Positions 49,232 to 61,975 are shown, counted from the whole stretch's first letter. The stretch: 61,975 nt of DNA, filler included, from Sphacelaria rigidula (GCA_964200075.2; 11 parts of 11 records of this genome joined end to end with filler, not necessarily neighbours in it), one strand, 5' to 3'. Notes: generated by a model not told the origin, from the letters alone. Program-made: numbers and translations.

Positions 49232-49955
49232 ACCACGCTCCTTCGCTGCAGCTTTCCCCCCCTTTTATAGTACTGTTTACCATGCCTTCTTCACTACGAC
49301 CTTACTCTGCGACATCCACAACAGGATCACCTGCATCGGACAGCGATCAAAGAACTACTGGAGCCACCCACCACCTACGACCATGGGAGGTTTAGTATCC
49401 CCTTCCGGCTGGCGTTCGATCTCGTTGGATCACCGATTTCTAGATTTTGCTTCCGGTCAACATGCGTTGGTCGCATACTGATCTTGCCGTTTTTTCTCTT
49501 TGGTAGCTATGAGTACGCCCCCCCCCCCCCAAGGTTGAAGCTCTGCTCCCTGTTGCACCTTTGGGTTCCCTCTGGTCAAAGCTCTGCTCCCTGTTGTACT
49601 CCCTGCCGTTTTTTCTTTGGATTTCTCCAGGTTGAAGCTCTGCTCCCTGTTGTACCTCCCCATTTTCCCCCTTCGTTTTGCTAGGACGCCGGAGCAATTT
49701 GTGCTTCTTCGTTGATCGCTAGCACGCCGAAGCAGTTCGTGCTTCTGCGTTCCGAAGCAGCCTTTCTGCTCCCCGAAGCAGTACATGCTTCCCTTCCTTT
49801 GAGGTATGGGAGTGAATACAGGAGTGTTGGGTACGGGAGTGTTGGGTATGCTTTATTAGCCACTCATGACTTTGCGAGTGAAGAAAAACCTTAGTTTCCG
49901 CTACTTTGAGGATAAATCCTCGCAACTGTAATAAAGATTCGTCTGGGTGGGTTCG

Positions 49956-50431
49956 TGTCATGAGGACGCATATTAGCCTCTTATCATGCCGCCTCAGACC
50001 CGTTGATGAGTCCGGCTTTATATTTGCATTTCTGGTATTCTAAGACCTAGGACTGCAGGTCTGTTCAAATTTGGTCAGATACGACTGTGAATTTGTATAT
50101 GGCAGATATGATGATGGCTTGGGTGTGCCTTTGCGCAAGCCGAGCCAACCTCCTATTCACTGTCATCTGCACTCCTCTTTCAGCAAAGAAGTCTAACACC
50201 GGTGAGACTGATTGACAGAGCGTGAGATTGAATTGATTGATCGGATACTGGAAGGTCGAGGCCAAGCAACAAAGAAGAGATATAGCCTACCCGTGAATTT
50301 CTCATATTTCCCGGACACGTCTGTGTGAGATGGTGGCCATCATCCTGCTTGGCAGTTCAGTCTGAGGACTGGCCCCCTTGCCTTGCCTAGTGAGCCTGTG
50401 CTTGCTTATGCAGCACCGTAACCTCATTACA
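49956..50431 (+). mobile_element. 3' LTR (476 bp) of the contig-9 Gypsy element
   Basis: TGTCATGAGG...CCTCATTACA (9/10 inverted match). Homology with contig 6 stops exactly at ATTACA. TTTATATTT TATA-like motif near 50018. Confidence 0.8.
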
Positions 50432-52156
50432 AAAGGTTTTGAGGTTACCAAGTGAGCCACAGGGGGAAGTACCTACTGCAAACTAAAAACGTCCCGGTGT
50501 GCAACCTCTGACCACCTTGCCACGCACGGTTGTGTAAATACAGTGCAGTAAGAGCGAATGCGGTAATCGAAGTGTCAAATGGAACAGAAATCAACCCCAA
50601 ATAAATCTAGTACTAACAGAAAATTGTGAGAATTGAGGTTTAACTCTGAATTGAGGCTCAAGTGGGCAACCCAACTTGCGAACTGTTTGNNNNNNNNNNN
50701 NNNNNNNNNNNNNNNNNNNNNNNNNNNNNNNNNTTAATTAATTAANNNNNNNNNNNNNNNNNNNNNNNNNNNNNNNNNNNNNNNNNNNNTGCCCGTTCTT
50801 GCAGCGTGCTCACCGCTGCAGTCAGTGGCACGTGAAAGAGAAGCGCACAAAGTAGAGTACAGAGAGCGCAGGACTATATGTATGTTTTCCGCTCACAGTG
50901 CAACGTGAAAAGGACTTGAACAGTGTGCGCAGCTTTGTCTGCCTGCACTGTTCATGGGTGTGTACGCAGTGAACCGCCGGTTGTTGCTCGCACCATACCC
51001 CACTGCTCAAGTTCAAACTTCCACCAACAAGACAAACATCATGCTCAACTACTGCAGTGTGTATCTATATCCCTGTGCCCAATTCGTGCTCTTTGCTGCA
51101 GGGTTATCGTGGTGGTATTATAGCTGGGGGTAAGCGTTGTCGGGTTCGCAATTCAATCTGTGAAGGGCGGGTGATACATATTTTTTTTCTGGCGTGATGG
51201 TCCCAAAGGCCCCCTGGAAGCAGTTATAGGACACAAGTGCGTAAGTGCTGATGTACACGCTGGAGGATACTGTGCGGCTATGTCTTCCGGCGTCGCAACA
51301 AATGCCTTACAGGCCATATTCGGTCCCTCCGCCAGAGGAATGATGCACATATTTCCCTCTGCCATTCATATTTCCCTCTAAGGGATCTTCACGAAAACCA
51401 CGTGCTCCAGTGCACCATATTTTTGGTACTCTGGAGGTATTCAGACCTCAGAAGTCACTGAAGCATCAGATGTCCTCCAGAGGATTCGTTCCATGACCGG
51501 AACCGAGTATGAAATACCCTCTAGAGGATATTTTTATCCTCCCGAGGGTCACTTTACCCTCGAGAGGATGAAAATCGCGGTAGAGGATTTTAAGGGGGTA
51601 GCCGAATGGCCGCGTGTGATATCTATCGTCCCCCCGTGCTCCAGGGAAGGTCCACAACAAAAATTTCCATCATCCGCTGAATGTATTGTTCGGGGTTTCG
51701 TATAGATTTTAGCGTGGGCGCTATCTTCGTACGATATAGGAATTACTAGACATGGGGCTTATTCAACGAGGAAATGTTGACCCAGAGTTTTCAGCAGATG
51801 GGCACCTTCCCCTTGATTAGACGATTAATACGATGTGCGGATCACGGCCCTCGTCTGTGTCGATGAGATATTGCTTTGAGAGCTCAAAGCCGTTTTTAGC
51901 CTGGCCCAGCTCGTAGGGATATCCCGAATTAATTTGCAAACAGGGATGCCCTGACTTATATTCTTGTGCATCTAGAATCTTTAGGAGATCCTGAACTAGG
52001 CAAGATTTCGCGCAAAGTGCAACCCTGCTGTAGCGTCGCTCATTTTGGTCATGACAACTCCACGATACGAGTAATCGCACGGGCACCAATAATTATGTGC
52101 TTTTTGCTCTGCTCGTGGTCTATGCCGCCTGCCTGATCCCTCATGTGTTGCCGCGG

Positions 52157-52474
52157 GAGTGATGCTACGGTAGGGGTACAGAAATAATGTCTGAGGTTAG
52201 AATTGTTGGGAGAGTGATGCCATACGGTAGGGGCACAGAAATAGTTTCTGAGGTTAGAATCATTAGGAGCCCCTCATCTCATCCAAAACACGACTTATGA
52301 AAATATGCCAGAGTACGCCAGGAGTACTATTCCAATGTGCTGGGGATATACCCAATAAATCTGCAAACGGGGATGCCCTGGCTCATATTCTTGTGCGTTT
52401 AGAATCGTTAGGAGCCAGCCCCTGAACCAGACAAAATTTTGCGAAAAAAGTGCACCACTACCAAAGCATTGCTC
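52157..52474. mobile_element. Sola-like MITE family A copy with a duplicated 55-bp end; older partial copy at about 51900-52041
   Basis: GAGTGATGC...ACGGTAGGGG at both 52157 and 52212; ends GCATTGCTC at 52474; flanks GCGG and CCGG. Confidence 0.8.
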
Positions 52475-52769
52475 CCGGCATAACTTCAAAATGTCTGCAT
52501 TGTCGTTGTGGAACACCAAGCAGAGACATCAGCTTGACATCAGCAACATGAAGTAGATTGTGTTCAGTGGAGAGCGATGGCACGCTGACTCCTTTCCGTT
52601 GTACAGGTGGCGACAACACTCACTCACGAAATAACCATTTAAGAAATCGAGGCTTAAAAATTTCCGTTTTTAAGAAATTGATCCTGAGAAATTTGGCTCA
52701 GATCGGAGCGGAAATGAGGATGAGAAATTGAAAGATTTAAGAAGCTCGGCGGATAAGAAATCTGTCAGC

Positions 52770-53029
52770 GAGCAATGCTACGGTAGGGGTGCACTTTTGT
52801 TCGCGAAATTTTATCTGGTTGAGAGACACTCCTAACGATTCTAGACGCACAAGAATATGAGCCAGGGCATCCCCGTTTGCATATTTATTCGGAAAATCCT
52901 CAGCACATTGGAATAGTAATCCTGGCGTACTCTGGCATATTTTTATAAGTCGTGTTTTGGATGAGATGAGAGGCTCCTAACAATTCTAGCCTCGGAAATT
53001 ATTTATGTACCCCTACCGTAGCATCACTC
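52770..53029. mobile_element. Sola-like MITE family A (260 bp), TSD CAGC
   Basis: CAGC|GAGCAATGCTACGGTAGGGGT...ACCCCTACCGTAGCATCACTC|CAGC. Confidence 0.9.
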
Positions 53030-53145
53030 CAGCGACACTGCAGCCTTGGCAAAAGGGAGATTAGTTCCCGGTCCACCAGCCCCTCGACGCAAGGATGCCT
53101 TACCGACCTATCCCCCCCCCCCCTCCCCCCAAGAGAATACACTGC

Positions 53146-53190
53146 GAGGTCAATGGTCTGATGACTATGGCATGCATGATCATGAGTACA
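53146..53190 (+). mobile_element. 45-bp 5'-truncated F1 copy flanked by an 18-bp direct repeat
   Basis: CCCAAGAGAATACACTGC at 53128-53145 and 53191-53208. Confidence 0.85.
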
Positions 53191-55588
53191 CCCAAGAGAA
53201 TACACTGCATCGTGTACATGGTCCAAAGATGACCACTGTCGACGCACAAGAAGGTGCTCGCTGGTTGAGCGATCAGTTCGGACAATGTGTCTGCTGGGGC
53301 ACACCTACCTGAGGTATGTGACGTCAGCCAGAAGGAGAACTGGCGAATTTTCGTCACAGGTAGTGCATACCTCTGTACCGCTGTAATACACCGCAGTCCC
53401 CAGAGTGATCACCTGCAGAGCTTCAAGCTTGATCGGCTGCAGTGGTGCCGTGGTATTCGGCTAGCAGGGCAGGTCGTACTCCTCCAGAGAAGGGTGTTAA
53501 CAAGCCCGTCCTGTGGTCAACTCGTGTTATCAAACTGAGGGTTTTTTCTCTTTCAATCAACCAGCTGTTTGGGGAAATCACACAGCCCCAAGCAGAATAC
53601 AGGTAACAGTTGGGGATGAGGGTAAAAGTACGGCACAGCTTGAAGACTCACGTCAAGGCTGTGGCCTCGCGACCGTGGAGGCGGAGAGACCAAGGTGGTA
53701 GGTGATGGGTAAAAAGCTGTTCTATATCCAATAGGTGCCTGTAGGCTGGTCGGGGAGATCGAGTGACCTCGTGGGCGACGGTGGGTGCTGCTCGCTGCTA
53801 CCCTGCCTCGCATACAATCTTGTCATATAAATACAAATCAGCGTGACGCGCTGTACCTTTAGCCAATCAAAGCTGTAGTAACAGCAGGTACACGCGGCTA
53901 ATCGGGTGCAATCCTCATCCGACTCATGGGGCTGGATCAACGCTTCAGCAATGCAATTCTTATCATATACAAGCACATATTGGACTGAAATCTTGGTTTA
54001 TACCCGCCGGTCGTTTCCGGGGACCATCAGCAATTCCCAAGGAAGTGGTTTATTTCACGCACTCGGTCATTTACCATCACATTAGCCCACCCTGCATCGT
54101 TCAAGTGCGATTCCTTTTCAGAAGGGACGAACTTGCATCGAGCCATACCTCTCCCACACCACAGAAAACTGAGGCACCATTTGAAATTCGAGTCTTCGTT
54201 GGTACGGGGAACGGGAAGGGGCGATCAACACAAAAAATCAATAAAATACAAACACAAGCACAAAGCAAAGAAACAATCGCACCGATACAATACTTCAGTG
54301 TCCTCATGTTCCGTGAGCCTTTCAGACGGAGTCATAGGAGATAAAAAAAAAAAAATCCAAATTCAGCAATCAAAACCATGTACCACAAAAGGCAGTGTCT
54401 TCAGAATTCCGTAAGCATTTCCGGGATAGCCACAGGAAGTCAGAGACCTACCATTGAAACAATTATCCTACTCTGCCATAACTATGTCATGAATATCAAG
54501 GTTTACTCTTTTTCGGACGTCTAGACTCGAGGGTCAGGAACTCAGGAACGTTGGAACACTCATGGCGAAATTCCCGACATAGACGCAGAAACCAAAACCA
54601 AAATAAATACAAAACCGGGGGCACGCTGGGCAACAGCGAAAGCGAAATACCCGCAACATAAAGCAGAAAAACAACACGTGGCAACTGTCCTTGTAAACGG
54701 GAGCGCTTATCGTGTGTATGAAGCAAGCAGGGTAAAAAGTTGCAATCAAGAAGGTCAAAACATTTCAGGCCTTCGGCTTCGGCTACTATCGCCCATGTTA
54801 ATACAAAACTCAGCGTGGTACGCACACAAAAAGGGGACACGTCATTACCGATCCTGAAGGGGGCGGCGGTATGCGTGTACGGAGCGGTTAGGCAAGAGCG
54901 CAATTATTCCAGACGGGGAGGTCAGGTATATCCAGCGCTCGCTCCTAAAACTCTCGACCGAAAAGACAAAACAACAACAACATATTATACAAAAGACAAA
55001 AGATGCGTATAACGAAAGAAAAAAAGAAGAAGAAATAAATAACTTGTGGCAACTGTTCCAGTAGACGGGATGGTTGTGAATGTACGGCGCGGAGGACGGA
55101 GGTTCAAGGTTCCAGACTCGGGGTCAGGAATGGAACGGTCGTCACGTGTACTTTGCCAGATGAACCCAGAATTATCCAAGAAAAGTGCCCATTGAACACA
55201 AAAAATCAACCACAAAGCACGAAGCGAAAAGAGAAGAGAAGAGAAGTAGAAAAACAACAAAAAGAAACAAAGACAAAAACAAATCAAAACAAATGACACA
55301 TGGCAAACAAAACCGAAACACAAAATCAGGTCCAAAGCAACAAAAAACAAAACACAACACAAAAAAATACAAAATACAAAAACAAAAGACGAAATACCAA
55401 ATACAAAACACAACATCAAACACTACAAGTACGGGGCGAATCGATACGAAAAAAAATGTAGGCCGGGAGGGGGGGGGGACTCATGGTTTTCCAACGACCG
55501 CACGGTGCAAGACAAGCGACTCGAACGCGGTACACTACGCAAGGTGATTGGGGAAGCAGACTCGGATGCATCATGAGTCATCTGCATC

Positions 55589-56320
55589 CTAAGCGGTGTC
55601 CGTGTTCCGTAGAACGGCTGTTTCGAGTTCGCCATGGTCGTGTCGTTGGAGGCACCAGGATCCCCTCCGAGCGGTCGGCTCCTCGGTGTAGTAAGCATCA
55701 TCCAAGCGAATCTTAAGGGGGCTCGGGTCATCAAGGGAACAGATAAAGTAGGAGTGGTCAGACGCAGGATTGACCAAATGAATTTTTCCCAACCATCACA
55801 GTAAATCCAAGGCCTTATACCAAAAATACGCCCCTTTCGGCAAGCGCTCTCCGTGAAAACATTGCATGTATTGTTAACGCGAAAGAAGATAAGAGCCTGT
55901 CACAACAAACCGCGCTGAGTGTCCACGTGCCAGTTCCCGAGCGGCAGCTCCCTTGCGCATCGACCGATATCTCTTATTCAACGGGCGGTGTTGGACGGTA
56001 TCTCCTACCTAGTACAGCAGTATTTCCCGACAAAAGTAGCGTAAATCAACTTCACGCTCCAATGCAACACGCATGATACCCTTCCAACGTGTTTGATATA
56101 TTACCGCTATCTTACCTCCACGACCGCGAACCAGCTGATGACCCGAAATCCTATCTACCTCAACGCGTTCCAGGGGTGCGTCCGCATCCTCGACCGTCAT
56201 ATGATACGGCGGAGTTTTGATCGCATACTTGGTCAACACATGCTGGTTAAGCCCTACCGGCAGTTGTGTGGGCATGTCAGAGGAGCCATGAGGGGGGATG
56301 CACGGTTTGCATCGTAGCAT
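55589..56320 (-). mobile_element. Gypsy integrase C-terminal region (chromodomain plus extension) of a diverged subfamily
   Basis: One frame with three stops: RCKPC...VEVDRISGHQLVRGRGGKIAVIYQTRWKG...EREVDL...KGAYFWYK...L*WLGKI...LDDPSP...RGSWCLQ; homologous to 48480-49231. Confidence 0.88.
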
Positions 56321-57715
56321 GTTGTTGTTGTTNNNNNNNNNNNNNNNNNNNNNNNNNNNNNNNNNNNNNNNNNNNNTTAATTAATTAANNNNNNNNNNNN
56401 NNNNNNNNNNNNNNNNNNNNNNNNNNNNNNNNTGCTAAGATTGTTCGGCCCAAAGCCTACCGATTATCTTGAATTTTGATGACAACCTCCAACGGAGTTG
56501 CTTTATTGTCTGGTATCGCCAGAGAAAAAGGGGGTAGGGGAAGGGTGGGGGGCACCCAGCCTGCTGTCCCCTAGAATATTGCCGAGGCATTGGCGGATGC
56601 GGTCAGCTGCCGTGTACAGAGATCCTTGCTGACATGAAGACCGCTGAGATAACGGACACATCGCCCCGCCAAGCTCATCATGCACCATGATCACCTTCAT
56701 GGGATCATGTTCCGCGTGTCGTGTGCCTCGATTACCGACCACTAGTAGGCCGGGCGAATTTCGCGAGGCGTGAGATAATGTTGCTACTTTGGCTACAGGC
56801 TGCCGCTACCGTGCGTTCGTTTTTGTGCATAGCTGTGTGTGAGCGTTGCCGGCATCCGAGGTCATCGGGACATAGCGGGCAAGGAGCAGAAGAAGCAAAT
56901 ACACAAACCTCGCAAAGCCCGCCAGAATGTTCGGTTTTCCTCAGGGTTTGTTGATCAATTTCTTTCAACAATTTCAACAAAAAATCATTGAAAAAAACAC
57001 CAAGAAAGATGTCAAAATCGTGACAATTAAAAAAAAAAATGTCTTCCGGGAGGAGGCGCGGGGGGGGGCTCCGTGTAAAAAAAAATCTCTCAACAGACCC
57101 CTGGGCCGCGTTGTAATAATTTTTCGAACATGTCACCAAACGCGTCGTCGTACCATAATAATACACTCCACGCAAGTCCGACACACACTCATAACTGTGG
57201 TGCAAGACGTCATGATGATCTCTAACGGAATGGCAATGCAGCCAGGTGTAGTATATTGCCTGTGCGCTGTAGACTATGCGAATCGTCCACATCGTCTTCT
57301 TCCAGCTGAAGCTGGCAAGAGTGAGGAACTGCATCCAATGCAACGTCGTGTACCCGCCGAGCATTTGAATTTTGACGCAACGCAACCAAGGGAATGCGGA
57401 TACCATGGCGGCGTCTCAGGAAGGTCTTCTGATTGCGATGGCAAGCTTTTCTACTTCGTAAATGACCGACTGTGATGGGCATGGCAGTTGTGATGGATGT
57501 CTCACTTAGCTCGTTGAGGTGTATTGATTTTGGACTGGCTCCGGCCATGGTGGTGAAGGTCGCGCTCTTTTTCGTTCCCCTGTGAAAGAAAAGGCACAAC
57601 GGTTTTCAGAGTGAAGAGGTGCAGACGCGGGACTCAGACGACCGCGATGCGGGTAATCCATCTAGCTCACGCATGCTTTTTTCAAGTAAATATGGACGCC
57701 GAACCAGTACGTGAC

Positions 57716-57739
57716 CTACCCTCGCGGCCACAGGGTTAA
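57716..57739. repeat. Orphan piggyBac-like right end; near-identical copy at 58161-58184
   Basis: CTACCCTCGCGGCCACAGGG|TTAA and CTACCCTCGCGGCCAAAGGG|TTTA. Confidence 0.5.
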
Positions 57740-58214
57740 CGGGACTCTCGATATATACTTCGTATGTATCATGTAGTGTTGTCTCATGGAATGATGTGAC
57801 GACACCGCCGCCGGCAATTGTTCTGGAGGAGGTGTACGGTCCACAGGATCTTGGTGCTCTTCGGCGATACTTCTTACGAGTACACTATTTTTGGTGAGAT
57901 CAGCCGTTTATTCTGAATTGTACGTGGTTCTCACTATTTCCATCAACCACCAGGTAATACTGTGATGCCACTCCCTCCCAGGCGCACGTGCAAGGATGCT
58001 GATCATCAGCACTCCCGCCGCACATCGACTATCATTATATCCTCGCCTGTTCAAGGCGGAAATCAGCTTCTTCCTGTTGAGACTTAGACCGCGTTGTGGG
58101 TAGTCCATCTGGATCACGTATACCTTTTCAAGTGAAATTGAAGCCGATTCCACAGGTGGCCTACCCTCGCGGCCAAAGGGTTTAGAGTTCAAGAAAAAAA
58201 AACACCATACGCAC

Positions 58215-58724
58215 CTGTTGGGATCGGATCGATTGTATGTTTAACCATTATTTCCGTGTTTAGAAGCGTTTCCCGTCCGAATATTTGCGAAATTCCGAAT
58301 GAAATATAATTTCCGAATGCGGTTGGATGGAGGAGTGAGGTACATACTCATCAATAAAGATGCCCTTTATGATCATACGAAGTATGTTTTCACCTCGTTT
58401 ACGACATGCGGTGCTACATTCAGCATGCCGTGAGCAAGCGCGGAACAGCCATTATTTTTCAGTCAGGTTGGGTTGGGCATATCGTAAGTACTCCACCAAA
58501 TAGTAGTCTAATAATATTACCGTCTCATCGGTGAAAAAATAATTTATGGCGTTCATTGACGCGACTGGCGCTATTGTTTTGACAGAGGGGTACAGTACTG
58601 AATGTGCATCAAATGCATCATTCACATTAAAATAAACCTGTCTTGTGTATCTGAACGAGCATGATCCATCTAAAAGACCATCATCGTCACATACTGTTGT
58701 ATCACAATAGATACGGTTGATCAA
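58215..58724 (-). pseudogene. Possible tyrosine recombinase relic
   Basis: Motif order TRQVY, SVKT, LLDYYLVEYLRYAQPNL, WLF, then after a frameshift LHPTAFG, IMVKHT, GAY, resembling the R-K-HxxR-H-Y layout. Degenerate. Confidence 0.3.
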
Positions 58725-61700
58725 TTGCCTATGCGGCTAGAGGATGCGTTTCACGTGTATATACCCCTACTAGATTTTCTCAAATTGTGCACATATTTTT
58801 TTCTTCCTGCATCGACAACAATTACATGTATCTTCGGACTCTAAAAAACTCAAGAATCACCGCCTGGTCACCAACCCCCTCCCCCCCCGCCCCCTCTTCC
58901 CCCCCGCGTGCAATACCGAAAGAGTCAGGCGCCCACCTCACAGCAGACCAACAAAAGCTCCTAAAACTCCATACCATATATATTGTGGTCGCTACATAAC
59001 CCAAATTTGTAAGCACGACATCATTGTGTCTCTGCTGAGACGTGGACAAGTCTGCTGGCAGCTCCTTACTTACGGCGGGACACGGGGAGAGAGATCAAGA
59101 AATACGGCGTAATCGGGAGCTCGCCCCCTCCACAAGGTGCGTGATTCTCGTGAGATAGCATGTTGCAGACGGTGTACTTGTGTCCGTGTGTAAAGTGGAT
59201 CTTTCGATAGTGGGCATGGTAGATCTCTCACCCCAATCTATTGCTACAAACGTCAAGTTGTGTTAACCTTTATGGATAGTACAGCACAATTGCGTAGTAT
59301 CCTTGTGCACTTCGGTAAGTTTTCGTTGATCATAGCTGATCATTTCGTTTGTCTCGAAGAAATACGGAACAGCATACCGCCAAGCACTAGTGTGAAACGC
59401 CAAGCCACTGATGATATAGCTTGCGCTACAGCAACATACTACAGCAACACACAGCACTGCTGTACAGCAGGAGGTCTGTGCCGTACAACAGCTCGTATCC
59501 CCTTTGATAGTGCATTCTCGCCTAGCAACGGGCGTTCGGCACAGTTTGTTTTTGCTTTGAAGAAGCCTGATGCTAGTGTATACCAAACAATGCATGGTTC
59601 TTTCAGCACTCTGGACCGCAAACATGTCTAGCCGCATGCATTACATGAGCTAGAGCCACATGGTGTAGTGGACCTGAACCTGCGACTAGGTAACCTTGAA
59701 ATATTTTGCGATTTCAAAGGCTGCTCGCTCGATCGGCTCTGCAATGTCGAGAGTAGACATGCGAGTACGCGGGGACACCCTTCACCATAGCAAGCTAACT
59801 GCGGGCGACCAAAGTGTTGTGTAGATGATCGTTTCGACATAAGGGCCCCATCGCAGGGTTCAACATGAGGCAGAGTAAGTAGCGCGGCCGAATGATATTC
59901 AAAAGTTGAAGGTACCAATCGATCGACTGGTGGGGGTGTCGCTCACCATTTGCACCTGCATTTTTGTTTCTTAAATCAAGAGTGGTTAGCTTGTCGACGG
60001 GAGCATCTCTGACCCTCGAATGCGCAGTGCCAGTGTTTGATATGACGTGTATCGTGGTATGCATCACAGCATTGATCTCTGTGTCCTGCTGCACTTGTGT
60101 ACCCGATACCCGATCTATCCTGCTCGGCGGTTACGCGTGTATCCGCCCCTTAGTGCATGGATGATGGGTATGTCGTGAGGGATGTTGACCCTTTCTGGGT
60201 TATTTCAACTCCTGCGTTCGAGATCCATTTTTTGTGCAGGTCTGGATCCACACAACCGAGGTATCTCATACTCGAGGTTTCCGGACATGGTGCACAGTAA
60301 TTTACTGTGGAATATATCGGAACCTCGAGTTTGTCAGTATGGAATATACGTGGAACCCCGAGTCTGAGATGCCTGACATACTCTTAATCGGAGGGACAAT
60401 GTGTGAACATGTACAACAGGGGCGATTTTGTGCAGATCCAAGAAAACCCGATTTGTACAAAGGTTGAACGGTGCATTGGCTCTGTCCCGGCTGTCGGTTC
60501 AACGTACGACGTACTCGTGAAAATGGAGATACGGGAACACAACACCAACACGCCGAAGACAACATGCTCAATAATGAGGCGCTCGTCCTACGCCCACATC
60601 ATTACGGTATACAAGCTTCAGCGGTAGCCCTTGCTGCTAATCTACATCAAGATATTCAATTTGACAGAAATCCGGGCAGTATTACAAGATGGGCGGCTGG
60701 CTGATTATCGCTTCCTCCTAACCGAAAACGCGCTCATATGTAGGTGTTTCCGGCGCGTCTCAGGCAAAAATCCTGAAAAAGGGCACAGCACCCGTACATG
60801 GGGATGGTGCTGAAGGGAAATGAGTAACTGGGTGAAGCAAACAATGAGGACCCGCTCAAAATGAGATGAAGAGCTGAAACATGTGACGTACCCTATTTTA
60901 CTGACTGTACGGCATCACGGACCACTCAAGTCCTCCCTCGTGTGGTGCAGCGCGGCGTAGATATCACTGTGCTGTGGTGTGTTTGGACCTTTCAAAGGCG
61001 GTTGGGTCTCCGCTGAGATCGCCTGAGCTGTATTGTTTTCTATGTAGGAAATAGTCTCAGTCGAGACCGAGTGCTGTCTACACAGACTACTGTTGGAGAC
61101 TGACTGCATGGTGTGCTGGAGTGTTCCTTCTTCCGTTCAACGAAAAAGGCGCTGCCCAGACACATCATTCGCGCGATACCAAACATGGTTGGGTAGAGAC
61201 ATGCAATCAGCGCCGGTATTCACCACTCGACAGGCTGGGTCAGCTGCCATGAAAGGAGCAACCTACAGCGCTAGTACAGTGCGGATATCCCGCACCGCCA
61301 GGGTATTGATGGCACCCGGTAGCATGCCGGTTTCCGCCGCTGGCATCGGCGCCAGGGCTTGCGGCCACGAAAAGGCACAACCAGCCATACTACGATGAAG
61401 GGTGATAAACAGATCCACGAGCATCGCAATGACCTGCGGCGGCAGTGTACCACTCGCTGTCTGCTTGTCTGCTTCCTGGTCCGTTTCTCAGGTGCTGCTC
61501 TTTCCGTCCCAGTGCGGTTATTGTTCGTTCATGTTTTCGATACTCCAGCTATGACTCGAGTGAGCGAGCTATTAAACTAGATTTTTCAGTGATACATGTC
61601 TCAGAATAAAGGTCGCAGTTCATTGGAGGTAAATTCCGATGATTACTCCCTGAGGCGCCTCTGATTCGTTGAATTCTCTACAGGATCGGTAGCTAAGGTA

Positions 61701-61975
61701 CCGTACCGCGCGTACCCCTGGTATTTACCGGGGTATCCCATACCTTGGTATGCGTGGGTATCGTAGGTATGAGTGTTGAAAATACCCTGTGGTGGCAGAT
61801 AGGGCCAACAATCAAGGGCGCTACCTCACCCAAGGCGCCCCAAGAGGGCTATTTTTTTAGTGTTTCTTGATGTGAAAAAAAAAAAAAAAACGACCGCCGG
61901 AAAAGGGGGGGGGGGGAAATGGAGTCCGGGGTGTGGTTGCAGGGGACCCTTTGGTTTTCTTACTTTTCTTTTTTT

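Larger units (their letters stand above)
1..61975. other. Concatenation of 11 independent contigs joined by artificial 100-nt linkers
   Basis: Linkers N44-TTAATTAATTAA-N44 at 5545-5644, 11189-11288, 16832-16931, 22475-22574, 28118-28217, 33761-33860, 39404-39503, 45047-45146, 50690-50789, 56333-56432. Contig lengths are 5544, 5544, then 9 x 5543, which plus 1000 gives 61975. One internal 10-N gap at 11635-11644. Confidence 0.99.

Noticed and set aside
48912..49481. Extra ORF after pol ending ALVAY in contigs 6 and 9
   Set aside because: Explained by nucleotide similarity within one family; no counterpart in the diverged contig-10 subfamily and the frames differ upstream.
49531..49660. Repeat-spacer pattern resembling a CRISPR array
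   Set aside because: Only three degenerate repeats with unequal spacers, inside a eukaryotic LTR element, and no cas genes.
54985..55430. Hydrophobic, membrane-like ORFs
   Set aside because: Translation of A/C-rich low-complexity sequence downstream of the Gypsy fragment.
56135..56150. CTGATGACCCGAAA hammerhead-like core
   Set aside because: Only 3 nt between the core halves; it is the antisense of Gypsy coding sequence.
56732..57599. Overlapping 125-224 aa ORFs
   Set aside because: They span a dispersed non-coding repeat and homopolymers, with no recognisable domain.
59260..60164. Fragmentary ORFs with a faint recombinase-like YL...RP motif
   Set aside because: No coherent frame or ordered catalytic motifs.

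Overview
This is not one locus. The window is 11 unrelated eukaryotic contigs of 5543-5544 bp joined by ten artificial 100-nt linkers (44 N + TTAATTAATTAA + 44 N), so adjacency across linkers means nothing. A stramenopile ASAFAP-type plastid presequence, kb-scale GT-AG introns and the LINE families present suggest a brown alga (inference). Host genes: three GPR107/GPR108 exons, the first exon of a plastid-targeted probable SAM methyltransferase head-to-head with an unknown gene, and one long low-complexity terminal exon. The rest is mostly decayed transposons: an RTE LINE, four Gypsy fragments (three with a candidate 3' LTR), hAT, pogo and DD39D-like mariner relics, and non-autonomous Tc1/mariner, piggyBac, Sola-like and fold-back elements. 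Two observations stand out. (1) Gypsy integrases from two subfamilies carry a chromodomain followed in the same frame by a second conserved PWWP/Tudor-like module. (2) Two sister non-LTR families end in GTAC(A)+poly(C) instead of poly(A); one copy is 5'-truncated and flanked by an 18-bp direct repeat. All family assignments are by eye and from recalled motifs; no searches were run.
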